Assembly (NCBI GenBank): GCA_903925275.1
Contig: CAIYES010000104.1
Coordinates: 450 to 64,449 of the forward strand
Source: an uncultured Bacteroidales bacterium
GTDB lineage: Bacteria; Bacteroidota; Bacteroidia; Bacteroidales; FEN-979
Direction: 5' to 3'
Length of the DNA stretch: 64,000 bases
Part shown: in pieces, positions 63,514 to 64,000 of the stretch
How the letters are laid out: each line of letters begins with the position of its first letter
Position numbering within the stretch: position 1 is the stretch's first letter
The notes under the pieces: generated by a model
Told to the model about the DNA's origin: nothing
Databases searched by the model: none
Seen by the model: only the letters and a program-made list of their open reading frames with translations
Made by a program: the position numbers and the translations under genes

Positions 63514-64000
63514 ATGAACTGGAAAAAAATCATCGTGATTACCGTGATCATCCTGGTGGTGATCGCCGGATCGGCTGCCATTGTCTTTTACCCGGTGTAC
63601 CGGTTTATGTTCCAGGAAAACACCCAGGTTGTTGATAAAGAGCTGACGGTCGTGCAAGGGGGAGGGGGAAACAGCGGGGTGCTCGTCACCGACAGTGCTG
63701 TGGTAGTAATCGACACCAAGATGGGCGGCGATGCAGAGAAGCTTTACAATCTTGCCAAATCAAAGGCAGGAGCCAAAAAGATCATCGTAATCAATACCCA
63801 TTATCATGGCGATCATGTAAAGGGAAACAAATTTTTTAAAGGATCAGATATTTACATCGGCGCCTATGATCCGAAATTCCTGTCGGAGAATATCGGATCT
63901 GAAAACATGCCGGATAAATTTGTAAAAGACAGCCTGATCTTAAATCTTGGGAACGAAATAATCTGCCTCTACAACCTGGGTCAGGCGCATACCATGAACG
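63514..64000 (+). CDS. MBL-fold metallo-hydrolase, 3' end cut by window edge
   Basis: My own translation from ATG 63514 gives an N-terminal TM/signal (IIVITVIILVVIAGSAAIVF), then VVVIDTKMGGD and the HxHxDH motif INTHYHGDHVKGN. Open to the window end. Confidence 0.8.
   Translation, partial: MNWKKIIVITVIILVVIAGSAAIVFYPVYRFMFQENTQVVDKELTVVQGGGGNSGVLVTDSAVVVIDTKMGGDAEKLYNLAKSKAGAKKIIVINTHYHGDHVKGNKFFKGSDIYIGAYDPKFLSENIGSENMPDKFVKDSLILNLGNEIICLYNLGQAHTMN

Overview
This 64-kb chromosomal segment looks like a Bacteroidota genome. Supporting signs are T9SS C-terminal sorting domains, a FISUMP lipoprotein, TAnnTTTG -7 boxes, an 11-subunit nuo operon without nuoEFG, and a PstS-like/TPR/ExbB-ExbD-ExbD-TonB cluster. 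Core content is atpF(partial)HAG, nuoABCDHIJKLMN, the TonB energising cluster, an hdrCBA-flxDCBA-type flavin/FeS cluster, and single housekeeping genes (class-V aminotransferase, DEAD-box helicase, ferritin). Accessory content falls into four groups. (1) A tight 4-gene cassette at 29.7-32.6 kb: two paralogous DUF2589-like proteins, a small ORF, and a lytic-transglycosylase/DUF5675 fusion. (2) A 4-gene minus-strand signalling operon at 32.7-40.7 kb: an MCP-like hybrid kinase with E/Q-rich repeats, a CheB-CheR fusion, and two REC-kinase paralogues. (3) Two T9SS cargo paralogues that share a roughly 90% identical 3' block and flank a strongly AT-rich Lnt-like gene, followed by a mini-protein with a sorting-signal-like tail. 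(4) An unusual population of intergenic short tandem arrays (7-9 bp units). These often occur as inverted pairs and often start at stop codons. One pair brackets a four-helix-bundle (23S-IVS-type) gene. There are also two MITE-like elements sharing terminal inverted repeats. I saw no rRNA, tRNA or CRISPR array. All family assignments come from motif recognition by eye and need HMM or structure confirmation.
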